Source: Saccostrea echinata (Eukaryota). From it: 64,000 nt of DNA. Numbering within the stretch: position 1 is the stretch's first letter; the number at the start of each line of letters is the position of its first letter. The stretch spans positions 50,344,001-50,408,000 of the forward strand of contig NW_026889803.1 in NCBI RefSeq assembly GCF_033153115.1, read 5' to 3'. Made by a program: the position numbers and the translations under genes. Positions 1 to 13,179 of the stretch are shown piece after piece. The notes below the pieces were generated by a model. The model had not been told where the DNA came from. It made no database searches and saw only the letters and a program-made list of their open reading frames with translations.

Positions 1-1478
1 TGCACAGTTTTTTGGGGTGTGAAATGCATGAACACTGCATGATTATATTTAATTTTCACTAGATAATCATGAAAATATATAGCAGATACTTCAATAAGAA
101 TATAAATGAATAAATTTTAAAAAATTTAACAATAACAAGAGCACATTTTTTCCTAATTTACTTTCTTTGGACATTCCTATTTGTCTACGGTCTATCCCAA
201 TTTCAAATGAGATAGTCAAATGGGCTATTTCATTCTCCAGATTAGTTTCGCACACTGTATGTATGAACCTAGAGGATTATAAGTTAATTCTGCTCTGATT
301 ATATGTGTAATGTATAAGAACAAACTTATAAAACATAATAAATGTGATGCAAAATGCATGGAATTCATTTTATATTGAAAATGATACTAAACTACTAAAG
401 GTCAATCAAATTGATTCAGTGTTAAAAATATGGCATGCAAAATGAAAATAACGGTTTCAGTAAATTGCTACATTGAAAAATTGAAAGGCTGTATGTATGC
501 ACATAAATTTGCAATGAAGAGAAGGTGTGTAATGCACCATGTTTGCTCATCACAGCCAAAAAAAACAACACATTTGTTATTTTAAGGATAACATCAACCC
601 TAAACACTAAAAATGGATGAAATTTAATTAAATGCATTTTTCTCTTTTTTAAAAAAATATTTTGTATTTGAATCTAATAAAGTTGTTCTCTATTTATAAG
701 CAGGCTAGCAAGGAATTGATTTATCAGTGAAATGCATGTTAAACATGTTATAATAAGGAGGAGAAGGACCTTGAGCTGAAAAAATACTTGTCATTCAATT
801 TTTTTCATATTTTGTATATTTCTAATTAAGTATGTCCCACATATCTTAAAGCAGTTATATCATTAGGTTTCTTACCTTATTTTGGAGATATTGATTGACA
901 ATTACTATGCCCTACTGTATCTAAGTGGAGTTTTAATTCTCCATGTTTCCGGGCTAATTACTCTGTCCTTAATGGGATTTTTTAAGCATATGTAAAAAAT
1001 ATCAAAGTGGACATGTATCTTTTAAATTATTTCAGAGTATAACTAGGATTTAAAATTCAAAAAAGCAAGTTTTGTCTATCACACTGCATCTGGATAGGGA
1101 AAATTACGCACTTTTTAAGACAACTTAAACAATAAAAAACGTAATTTACAAAAAATTCTATCATTCAATATTTTTTAATTTATGTTGAAATGCAAATCCT
1201 TCAAATTATTGAATAACTGTAAAAATTTCAAATGACGAAGCTGACCTCATTATTTCACAGGACATTGTTAAAGAGGACATAAGCATGACAAAAATGTGTC
1301 ATGTTACATTTCTCGACTACGAGAAAAACCAACTATGACGTCACAGGTAAGCTAAATAAGCGAAATAAGATATACCTACATATGATTTCCGTCATCAGCC
1401 ATGCAAAAATAATTTTTGTGTTCCCCATTTCTCAAAATATTTCATCATATACTGATTATGAACTGTTTTTACATAATA

Positions 1479-3212
1479 CAGTGGCTTCCATTTTATCGGA
1501 TAGCGGTTTAACGAATATTTCGGCTATTTCAATATAATATCAGAGCACAAAACCATTTCTTATATATTTATTAATAATTTCACCTGATATTCTGATGAAA
1601 AAATACTGGAATTTTGTTTTATCCCATACAAAAATTTGGACTATCATAGTGTTTTTTGATAATCAGCACTTTGTTCACACCTCCACAGAGCTCGACATTA
1701 ACGCTTGTCCGGTACCAGCGAAAAAAAATTACGGACAAGTGAATATTGCTGGGCACTTGTCCGATTGGACAAGTGCATTTTAATATAAAGAAGTCTTCAA
1801 ATAATAAAAAGAACGACTATTGAAAGTTCATCGGTAAAGACGTAAGCAGTACATAAAAAAACGAACTGCGATCCCGATATGGATCGCTATGTAATTGAGT
1901 TCACACTCGATCGGGATCGAAGTTCACTAATTGCATACTACTGCAAAGGAGGGCATGAAGTTACGTCGAGTTACGAAGTTTAGGTTCTTTTTGATAATTG
2001 TGAACATTTATGTTGTTGTCAGGATAGAAAGTCTAGATAAAAGTTTGTTTTTATGTGTTTGTTGTATTTATCAATAACATCACGAATGAATCACATGTAA
2101 TGGACTTTATATTAGTTTTCAAGTTGACAGTATTGTATCTTTATTGAACAAATTTCGGACCAGTGAAGTTGAAGTTCGGACAAGTAAATGTCTTGGTCAC
2201 TTGCCCGATTGGACAAGTAAGGGGAAAAAATTAATGTCGAGCCCTGCTCCACCTTCGTATGTGAAGCCTTTGTTTACACAGTTTGACACCAATTACCTTG
2301 ACTGGCTTGAGTACGACAATGAGGGGATTAGTTACGCCTGGACGCACACAGGCACCTTACCTGTGTCAATAGTGGGCATAGTAAATAGATATGTTTTGAT
2401 TACAGTTGTGGTGATCAGCTTGGGTTCAATGATGCACTTGTTAATTATGACAGTTATCTGCAATTTTTTCGGCGTGAAATTTTAATTATTGAACTGATTA
2501 GCTTGTGTATGACAATTTGCTTGGATAATGAAATAACCCTATTCAATCGTTTAACTTGGTAAATTGGCTTAATATTTATTCACTTTTCAGTGCAAAATTT
2601 ATGGTAAAAATCACAAATGGCTCGTTCTATAAAAATACGTCTCAAAATTCATACCAACTTTCTCGACATGGCTCTCAAAATCTCTCTTCAGCAGACAAGA
2701 ACGAGACTGGTAAACTCACACACAGTATAAAATACGTAACCGTATTAAAGAAACAAATCTAAAGGAAACAATTACATATATTTAATATTTTTGTTTATTT
2801 TCAATTTACAATCTATCCAGGGAAAAATAGTTTACGGTTATTAGTCAAGCATTTAGTCTACTTCCTTTTCCAAAATAGCGACCATCGAAGAAGGAATGTA
2901 AACATGTGCTGAAGAAAGATGGCAATAACTATCAAAGAATATACTCTATACGTCAATTTATTTGATAAAAAATTTCATATTAAATTCATAAGTAAGTGAA
3001 ATAAATTATTTTTAGTAAAGTCATTAAGTAAACATGTCAAAAGAAAACAAAAGTGCAAGCTTGAAATTTGCTAGCTACGATGTATTATCAATACATGTAG
3101 CTCTATACATCTATCTTTGGACTCGGTATGGAGCAATCGGCTATTCTAATTTTCGGCTATTCGGATAAAACTATGCCGACAACTTGACTATTCGATAAAA
3201 CGGGAACCACTG
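1479..3212. mobile_element. Non-autonomous Tc1/mariner(pogo)-type DNA element carrying a nested MITE
   Basis: Imperfect TIRs: cagtggcttccattttatcggatag at 1479 versus the reverse complement of the end, cagtggttcccgttttatcgaatag. TA on both sides. No transposase ORF. Confidence 0.7.
1686..2246. mobile_element. MITE with 16-bp TIRs and 5-bp TSD (hAT5-like)
   Basis: cagagctcgacattaa ... ttaatgtcgagccctg, with CTCCA duplicated on both sides. Subterminal repeats cacttgYccgattggacaagt at both ends. Confidence 0.75.
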
Positions 3213-4804
3213 TAATACCACCCCTGTGTTCACCGAGTATGATCTTGCTGTACTAACAGATCATGTATGACGTCACCGACTTGTTGGACACGCAGTTTAG
3301 GGAAACAGAGGAGTGGATCAATCTTTTTCATAATTTGTTAATGTTTACAAGAACGTAAAAACTTTTTAATTTTTTTATATAAGATGGTAATTAAAGTTAA
3401 ATCAAAAGCCTGAAAGGCTTCAATGGCGTCGAACATTTAAAATCAATTTCAAAAGTTCTTTTTGAATTAAATTTGAAATGAAAAGACTGTAAGCACACGA
3501 TATCACAATTATACATGTAGTTTGGGGGCTTTATTTTGTGGTCCGAATTCACCAGACGCCGTTGAAAGTAAACACACATGGAAGCCTGTTCATGTTAAAT
3601 AATAAATTAATCTCTTTTCAGTTAGATTAAGTGCTAGAAAGGATTTTTTTTTTTACTCTTCTACTTGCCAATGTCTATAAGCATCATTATTTTAATAGTT
3701 TTAGCTTGCAAAACATTTACAGTGATTGCAAGTTAGCTACGAGATACGATCGGTATACGGTATATCCAGTGATGGAGCTCGACCCTTCGATGTTTACGAT
3801 AAAATCTGCTGGTTGTAAAATTGTAAGGCTAAAGATTGATCTTTAAAAGTCAGTTAGTTTAAACTTCTTATTTGTCCATTAAAATAGTTTCGTGATTATT
3901 TTACCGCTTTGCTGTTTATTTTCTTTTTTTTCATGGCTTTCGATGATTAATGTAATTCAACGCATCGCTATACATGATGTGTAGAAATTAATCCGCAGCA
4001 ACTTTCAGGAAGGTCGCCACTTTTTCTTTTGTTACAATAAACACAATATCTCTATTTTTATCATAATTAATTGTGGATATACGTAATGCAATTCTATTTT
4101 GAATTCATTTTGATATGCTCTATTTTCTTTTGTGGATGCATCGACTGACACCTTTGGTTGCGTAAACACTCGGAGCTCCTCGCATGGCTCGTACCTTGTA
4201 CATTTGTATGGAATTAACCGAGGATTGCCGATTGTTGCGTAAAGCCAGTGACGATCCCTAGTTGGCTTTCGACCTTCGGTCGACGCCACAAAAATTGTCA
4301 AAAAATTATACAAGAATTAATGCTTTACACATATTGCACTTATATAAACGGAGACTATGATGTAGTTAAACAGTCATGTGACCATGTGTCCTTCATCCCC
4401 TTAAAATGAATTCATACAAACACCCAGCATATCGGACCTTTATGGCACTCTAAACAGATATTAATATACTGTACATGTATTACGAAATACAAGTATCAAG
4501 ACTTCAAGTACAATTTTTTCTATAACAAAATTAAGCCATCTGTGTTTAAGCTGAATGCAAGTATTTTACATTTTTTAATGATGAAAAATTAATAAAGAAA
4601 AAAAAACAAGAAAGAACAAATGTTTGAGAGTTCTGACTATATACTGAATTGCGATTGACTTAAAAAGAACATTACCGATAACCCCCACCCCCCTTCAATG
4701 GTGGACTTTTTTTTTTCCTTTACCGTGTTATACTTGAATTCTTAATAATGAACTTGAACATCCTAACATTACTTGTATTATATTATCTATCGCAGTGTTA
4801 CTGC

Positions 4805-5323
4805 TAGTGGTGTTCCAACCATCGATTATAATCGAAAATCAGTCGATTGTTGGCATAATCCAAGCGCTCGATTACAAAATTTCTATTCCGATTAATCGGG
4901 TTATTTATTTTATTTTACAAGCGTAATAGTTTTCAAGCCAAATATTCCAGCCGCGACTTTTCTATTAACTTATTTGTGTATCGTAATGGCGTAGACGAAC
5001 AGACATTGTATTCATACCCGGGTAACAACGCTAATTCCCGGGTATGGACATACTTTGGATTCTATAAAATGAATGAAGAACCAGCTGGACTAGATCGAAC
5101 GTTCTATCGTTAAAATATTGTCCTAAGGACTAGGGCTTGTCCCGAAACACAGTTAGATTATTCTAACTACAGCTGGACCACCACAGAAAGTAGTTATTCA
5201 TCCATTCTTACCATTTGATAAACTAAATTGACAGACTTTGTAAATGTCCGATTATAATTGATAATTAGTTAGTTACAGTAGTCCGATCATCGATTATGAA
5301 ATTCTTACCGATTCCCATCACTA
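4805..5323. mobile_element. hAT-type MITE
   Basis: Termini tagtggtg...catcacta. Perfect 8-bp TSD GTTACTGC (4797-4804 and 5324-5331). Subterminal (at)cgattat repeats. Confidence 0.8.
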
Positions 5324-6039
5324 GTTACTGCATATTAATTCTAATGCACGAAGAATGTTTATATCAATATACCGTTCATTCTGACTTTGTGGGCAGAATT
5401 ATGAATTTCATAATACTAGAGAAGATAAGCTACTTATCTTCACGTAGGCAAATTTAATAAAAATTTCAGATAATATGCCGCAAATTCTAAGGAACATTAT
5501 ATCAAATTTTTCTGAACATGTTTTCCCGTAAAAATTTTTATGCAGTAAACCCGCGACCAACCTTAAACTGTGCTTACGATCAAACAAGTTCGAAAGTTCC
5601 TCGTTCTCTCGTCTAATTATCATAAATATGTGTTATATTCAATTGCTCTACTAATAATAACAAGATACTTACTGTCTTACAGCTCTTTACCCCTGCTAAA
5701 CGCCGCCATTGTCCTCCCACAATGCATTGCGTGTATCGCTACACCGTATTGTGGGATATTCCAATTGACATTTATAGATACACAAAATGTTGAAAGCGAG
5801 GGACTTAGACCGACTGTTCTAAAAATAGATTTTGCGTTGTGGGACATTTTTCTATATATCCTTATGGGTCAAAAAAATTATTTTTTTTGTTTTTTATGGT
5901 AGGAATAGCATTTCCAACATTTCTGTGAAGTTTAGACTACATGGTTTATGGGTCAAAATATAGATGACCCATAAACCACCTAAGGATCCCACAACGTGAG
6001 TCTGAGATACGCCAAATATCCCATAACACGCCTCTTGTA

Positions 6040-6043
<4 letters not shown>

Positions 6044-6079
<36 letters not shown>
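6044..6079. repeat. (TA)n microsatellite
   Basis: Direct inspection. Confidence 0.95.
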
Positions 6080-6083
<4 letters not shown>

Positions 6084-6158
6084 CATGTATAAGATTCTCT
6101 ACTTTCATACATCTTATGTAATTAGTCAATGTGTATAATAATGCTGTGTGTTAATCAG

Positions 6159-6272
6159 GTTGTGATTACGAAGGAACATACAAGAACTCGGGAACTACGT
6201 GGACTGAGCGCTGCATTACTTATAGATGTAATACCACAGATGAAATTTCTCTCTATTCTCTAGTGAAGGGAG
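6159..6272 (+). pseudogene. Orphan duplicated pseudo-exon of the ApeC/Cys-repeat gene (copy of exon 18932-19045)
   Basis: Highly similar to 18932-19045, including the upstream intron flank and the downstream gtaaagtgaacataataa. Translates GCDYEGTYKNSGTTWTERCITYRCNTTDEISLYSLVKGE. One Cys is changed to Tyr and the GT donor is lost (gag|aaaaag versus gag|gtaagg). Confidence 0.85.
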
Positions 6273-6910
6273 AAAAAGGGTAAAGTGAACATAATAAATT
6301 TATATATATTCAAATATTTCAGTATTTTAATACATGATTTTTTTATTTCTTATTTTTGTAGTTGAGAAGAGAAGATCGATCCCGATCGGAAAACAGTTAT
6401 TTTTCCATGTGTTATTTTTTATAATGTTGATGCAGTGTATAATTTAACTGTGGGACTCACGCATTGAATTTTTTTATATCCCACACTATGTTTTACCTTT
6501 ATGTTATGCCTTGTGACATCACATGTGTGCATTAGTAAACATTAAAGATAAAGGTTGAATATAGGGACAGATGATACAAACAAACTTTTATCCAAAATCC
6601 TGAAAATAACAACCTAAGTTATATTTATATGAGTAAAATGAATAAGTTTAACCGCACAGATTTTAATTTTTCATTCAAAGTTTCAAAATAATGGGATTTT
6701 AAGTGACAAAAAGTTGTATAGATTAAAGTTTTGAACATCATAAAAAGTTTACAAATTCTTAAATTATTTTAGAAATTTATTAGTCACATAATTTACAACC
6801 AAAATAGGTCAAAGAATATATACTAAACCAGGCATCAATATTTTTGTTTGTATCATCTTCCTTAAATCTATTTAATTAATAAAATCATTGAAACAATAGA
6901 ATTTCTTTTA

Positions 6911-7165
6911 AAATGAAATATGAAGATAACGTACAGTATTCAACCTCAGGAGTCCAATGAAACGATACAAATTTGGAGCAGAGCAAACACGGACCTCAAA
7001 ATTTAGAGGTGGGACCAGGTGCCATGGAGGAGTGAGCATCCCCTGCCGACAGGTCACACCCGCCGTGTGCTCCTTGTCATGATCGGGAAACAAAAACCGG
7101 AAAAATCCGTAGACAGTTCAGTATAGATAATGGCTTTACAATTAGTATGAAAAACGTCAGTCAGG
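6911..7165 (-). mobile_element. 3'-terminal fragment of a Naiad-type Penelope-like element
   Basis: Colinear with and similar to 47590-47845, the 3' end of the longer RT-bearing copy. Confidence 0.85.
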
Positions 7166-8679
7166 CGCTTTTTTTCTTTATTTCATGTTGTGTTTTCTAT
7201 TCCCCCTCCAAAGGCTAGTGTAAAGAAAACACATAACTCTTTGGATAAAAATCACAATCAAATCACAAACCGTATGTACCGGTATTTAACATGTAATATT
7301 TTTGCAGGATTTCATTGTTTTAAATTAATGGCTGATAATTAATCGTTCTTCTTCTTTTGACCAATTTTTCCTAAATTTTTATAATGCTGACATCATAGAC
7401 AAGAGGTTCGCATGGCCAAATTTACAAGTTCTAATTTTTTCTTGGCCTTTCCTTCTGGTAATGGGGAAAACGTGCATGATCGCTGTGCTGAAGAACCAGA
7501 ACTGCCAGATTGAAATTAACTCAAAGATTTCGAAACTTATGCCTTTTAGAAAAGACATTCCATCTAGGTTATTGGTTTCCCAATATAAAAACATTATCGT
7601 CATCCTAAAGCTACATGGCAATGTATTTCAAAATCAAAGCTTCCATATGGCACTGGTAAGTGCACGAGCCCATAGGTAAGTGTGTCGTAAATCAACAAAT
7701 AAATATATACTGTAAACTTACGACATGATGCATTCTTGAGAATCAAAAATGTTAATATAAGAAATGTTGAACGGTTAACTCATACATTAATATACAAGAC
7801 AAATTCGGAGTTGAGTTGATAGGGTACTACATAGAGTACTAGATAGATAATTATAATAAACCGATCTTTTTAAACTAGCATCATTTCATACTAAGAGAGG
7901 AATACCAATAGAACTTTTGACCAATCTGTTTGAAATTACAGATATATTGAAACATGCATCATGAGTCTTTACTCTTTAGACATCTTAATGCACAGTCATT
8001 GAATTAAAAAATGATGTATCCTTCGATTACAGGCACTGTACAATTCATGAGCTTTTGTAAATATACAAAAGCTCTATGTTCCCCTAAGGAGTGAAGTAAT
8101 ACCCAAAACTGTATGACTCAAATGTTGTCAATATCTGCAAATTAGAACGTTTTCAAAGTTTTTTTTCTCTTTTTGGAAATATTGCAATACATGTCTTTTG
8201 TTTTTTTAAGACTCTGTTAAGATTGTTTTACTGATTCTGAATTAGCCATTGTGAAGGCTTATAACTTCCGGAAAGTTTGACCTCATCAAATTTAGATGAA
8301 TAAAACAAAGTTCTCAAAGGTATGAAAGAAAGTATGTATTATGCTTGAATAAAATAGGTGATCAACTGTGAACAAACAGTGATCGATAAAAAGAACAAAC
8401 AAACAAAAAACAATACAGATCACTTAACAGGACATAAAACATGGACCCCTGTAAATTCCAGAGGTGGGAATAAATAGAAATGTGCTTTCTCAGACTTATG
8501 AAGCAAAAAAATATTCTTAAAAGCTTGATGCATATCTATAAGCCACTCTCAGTCACATAAATAAGGGGTACGGGCATTTCATATTAAAACTGAGGCAAGG
8601 TCAGGTTTGTACTATTATACTGAATTAATGATCATCACTTTTAAGAGCCATTCTCTGTAATGACTTGAACTTTTATATA

Positions 8680-10345
8680 GGAGCTGTGGCACGCATAGTC
8701 TCAGAATTTCTCCAAACTCTCTATGATAAAAGTCTTTGATACCGTAAACTCAAATCAGGCAAAAATTGGTTGCTACGTGTCATGGTTACCATAGCAACAT
8801 ATCCTAAAGTTTGAAAAATGGCATTTTTCAACATGTTCAGAGCCCCACAGTTAACGTTTGCGGCAAAGCAAACAAGTGGCAATGACTGTTTCCGAAAGTT
8901 GAAGGCTTGGTGTCTTAAATGCATGATAAACATGTTTGGTAAATCAACTATAGCATACGTTACTATGGAAACAATGTATTCAAAAGTAGTAATTTTGTTC
9001 ATTTAATTTTATAAAGTCATACACTTAAGAATAAAAACAATTTTAGGTTGAAATGCAAGCAAATAATAGACAAGAGATCCTTGTAACTTATACCAAGGAC
9101 AAAATATGATATTTCTTATAGGTTGGCAATGGTTGCCATGGTTTTAATACCACGAAGGGATTTTAAATTTACTATCTTAGTGTTTTAATCTTATCTTTTT
9201 AAAAAGCATATTTCTATATATCTGATGATCAATTGTTAAAGGCGATGATGTGACCCTAATTTTCACATTTCAAAGAATTCAGTTTCAATTCTTTAAATAG
9301 TGCGTTTGCTATGGAAATAAGGCGAACAAACATGCATAAAAATCTGAAAAATACTCTGTTTCCTTGGATACGTACCCTTTTATGTAGATTCCCAAAACTT
9401 TAATTATTGATATGTCAACAACTAACCTGACTTTCAATTTTGACTACCACCCAATCTCTAACTGGATGCAAAAAGCTGGCACATAGGGTCTAATATTGAC
9501 ATAAAACTAACAAAATCGAACATTTTCTCTTCTTGGTAACCATAGCAACAGTATTGTATTTTTCAACAACCTTTATCAATATATGATATTCAACTTTTGT
9601 TCTTCGAGATAAGTACTATTCAAGGTGATTCAAATAATATGTTTCTTGATTAAAAGGTTAGCAAATTTCTAAAGCAGCAAAAAAATATCACTTTAAACAA
9701 CTAGTGCGTTGTTTCCATGGCTACACTGCAAAGTAACAATTAATCTCAATTTTTCTTATGTTATCGGTGTTGCAAGGTCCTAAGGATGTATATGTACCAG
9801 CATGAACTTTATTGTTTTTCCTCAAGATAGTAGCATTAACCCAATCATAGCAACATATTTTGCAAGGTGACGATGTGTTACCATGGCAACCATGAAAGTT
9901 ATTTTTAGAATAATATTGCCAATACCTAATTACATAAGGTCAAATATTTTTCATTGTTTTTCTTAGGTTGTTGATTGAGTTTGATCATGTAACATCTATC
10001 ATTTGTGAATATTGAGCGTTTTTCAGCGTTTTTCAGCATCTAAAATGTATTCCAAATGTACCCATGGTTACCACTTACTTAGAGATAAATTCTAAATAGT
10101 TTCTTTATAGCATAAGTGGCAACAAGGTGTTATGTTTTTGGGAGAATGGTTTGTTTGTTTTTCTTAGTCTTTATTAAGGCTTAATAAAGATTTAAAGAAG
10201 CTGAAAATCTCTATTTTTTCAACTTTTCTGGCTGTTACCATGGCAACCAAGACACATAGCAACGAAATTTTATTTGATATATGTTTCTGGTGTCAAGTTG
10301 TAATAATGGGCAAAGTTTCATCAAAATCGGTGACCATGCGTGGCA
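8680..10345. mobile_element. Putative non-autonomous DNA transposon rich in GTTNCCATRGCAAC motifs
   Basis: Short degenerate terminal inverted similarity (ggcacgcatagtc / gaccatgcgtggc) and many dispersed ccatggcaac-type motifs in both orientations. Boundaries approximate. Confidence 0.45.
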
Positions 10346-13179
10346 AAGAAGTTTAAGTGGTTAAAGAGAATCGCTATTAATTCTTGTAATCTTCTATTTG
10401 AATCTTCTCAGTAGTATCAATAACAGTCGAGGGATTCAGATTAAAGAATGGTAATCTATATATAAATTTATCAATGCACCACATTGTAAGCAAACCAATG
10501 GTAGACGAATAAAAATTGTAACTGTTTTACTAAGAAAATGTCATTCTTTTTTTATAATGTTTTTAGGAAAAACTCCTTGGATAAAAATCATACCCAAACA
10601 GGAAGTAGGAATGCATACATCAATAAGTTCTGTTAGAAGAAATATGAATTGCGAAAATGTAAAACTTTCATTTAACTTGTCTAGAAAAGACTCCTGCGGA
10701 TGAATTAAGTTTGAATGCATGTAATACTAATTAGTGTTAATGTAAATTCAGAGGTAAACAAGATTTATTGTAAAATATTATCGGTTATAATGCTAGACAA
10801 TTTTTTTCTTCAAAATACAATATTCAAATGGGATACTTAAAATATGCACAGGCATAAAAGTGAGTGGAAAACATAAATATTTTTGATAAGCATTACAGCT
10901 GTATTGCTTAAGATATATATGCACAACAGTAAACCAAACCTTAATATAACTGTCATAGTTAAATTTAAAGACAAAACATTGGGAAAAGAAACCAAACAAA
11001 TTTTGGTTGATTTTGGCTTTACACTTGCAGAAAAGGTTAAAAATTTTATAAAAATCTTAATTTACTTGTAACTTTTCTACAGTAGTATATGATTTAAGAC
11101 TTAAACGAGGTCCGTTAAAAATACGCGGATCTGCGACTATCTACTCTTACAGACGTCAAATAGCAAAGAAATTCAACAGAAACATATTTCTTTGCGATTC
11201 CAGCAAAAGTTTGTAAAAATATTATAACATTAATTTATATCTCCTTAAAATATTGCTGTTTTGACTTTGATGATGACAACGTACGAGCACGGCAAAGATT
11301 TTGAAAAAATGAGCTAAAAAATCCAAAATTGTACTCATTTATTTTCTTTAACTCGCGATATTATTTTTCTCTAAACTCGAACATGTCTATCATAGCGTTT
11401 TAAGAAAAAATTTGCAGAAACCTAATTTTTAAATTTTTTTTAAATACCTTATTTCTGATAAAAGGAGTTTCCAGGACTGTCTTTTTAAAGGTGATTCCAA
11501 ATACAAATCCTGCTTAGCTAGAGAAAGGGATTGCTTTTGCAGAAAATTTCTTTTCTTATAGCCAAAAAATAATTAACTCCTGCAAATAGCCAGATTTGAT
11601 AATACTCTTGTTCCGGTATTGGAGAGTCACTCTCTTCTGACCAAAAAAATCAAAGGTGCAACAGCAATATTTGCAGAATGTTCCCTTATCCCTTCACCTT
11701 CCCTGGGATTATAATTAAAATGGTATGTAGAACCTACCAATAATATTTTTAGAATTTTCTCACATACTCTTTGCAAAAAGCGCAGATCCATAGATAAAAT
11801 AACAAATTATTAAATCTTTAAAGGTGGTCTGAAAAACATTTAAAATTTGTGAACAAACAAGTACCGCTGCACCACGAGAGGTGTTTAGGTATGGGATGAT
11901 ACGATTTTTTGAGTGCTAATTTTACAATTTCCTTTGAGTTAAAACTTTGATTTGAGATTCAATGATTTGAACTATATATTTTTTGATTTCATATTAAATT
12001 CTAATAATTCTTGAGTCGAAAAATAAAACACTCATATTTCCATAAAAAATCAGTTGATTCTCATATAAACTTTTAGTCAAAATTGTCGATATGATTTTTA
12101 GCATTGATAAGATAGGGGAAATCCTACTGTTAGAAAATTAGAGGGGGACATTTGGCTCTAGTAAGAGATTTCCCCGGGGGGGGGGGGGAGGTCCTTCTCT
12201 AAAGTCCATTTTTCCGGGGGAAAGAAAAGCTGTCTATGGGAGAAATCCTACTCTACAACAACGGTAGTATCACAATGGCCCAAGTTTAAATCATTGATTT
12301 TCGTATTTTGGAAATTTCTTCGCTTATTGAATTTGTATTACATTGGATATTGAGTTCAAAGTGCATTGGTTTTTTCCTGTTTGTTGCCTTATCTATTCGT
12401 CGTGTAAAACGTTATCTGACGTCATCCCTTATTATGCATTCACCGTCTTAAAACAATAAAAAAATAAAAACATCCTAAACATATAACTATTTGCCTTATA
12501 TTAACATACTGTTCATTCAAAGTTTATTTCAAATGTATTCACCTTTAGGCTGAAAGTAGGCAGATGAATGTGAGTGGTTGGTAAATGACAAGATTATAGT
12601 GGTTAAGTGAAAACATCGTGTGCACAATATCCAAATTTGTGATTGAAAATATACTGTTTTAAAAAATCCAGTATGTGGGGGGTGGGTTGGGGTTGAGAAC
12701 ATTTTTTTTTGTTTTGATATGATTGTTCTTAACGATAAATGTATGTCCGATAGAGGGCATTATACAGATCCTGATCTAAATCTCGAGACTGTTTATCTCG
12801 AAGAAAGATAAAAAATGACGTGGCAAGAGTCAGCAACAGTACGGTTCTATTGATATTGCTGACGTTATTTGTGCTGGTTGAGCCGCCATCTGAAGGTGGA
12901 GCTGTAAAAGAACACAAAAATACATGAAAGATTGGTGGCAAATGAATAATACTTTGAATTGCAGTTACATGTCTCTGTAAAATTGGTTTTTTTCCCTAAT
13001 ATAGTTTAATTGAAGAATTAAGTGGATTTTGTCTTGTAAATCATCATCTTTTATCATTTTTGAAAATGTAATTTCTTTTCACAATCTTGACAAACTTGGT
13101 ATCAAGCATAGGAAAGAGAAAATCATTATTATTAAACATATTTGGGAAGAATAAAAAAGATGAAATAACAGTAATCGAA

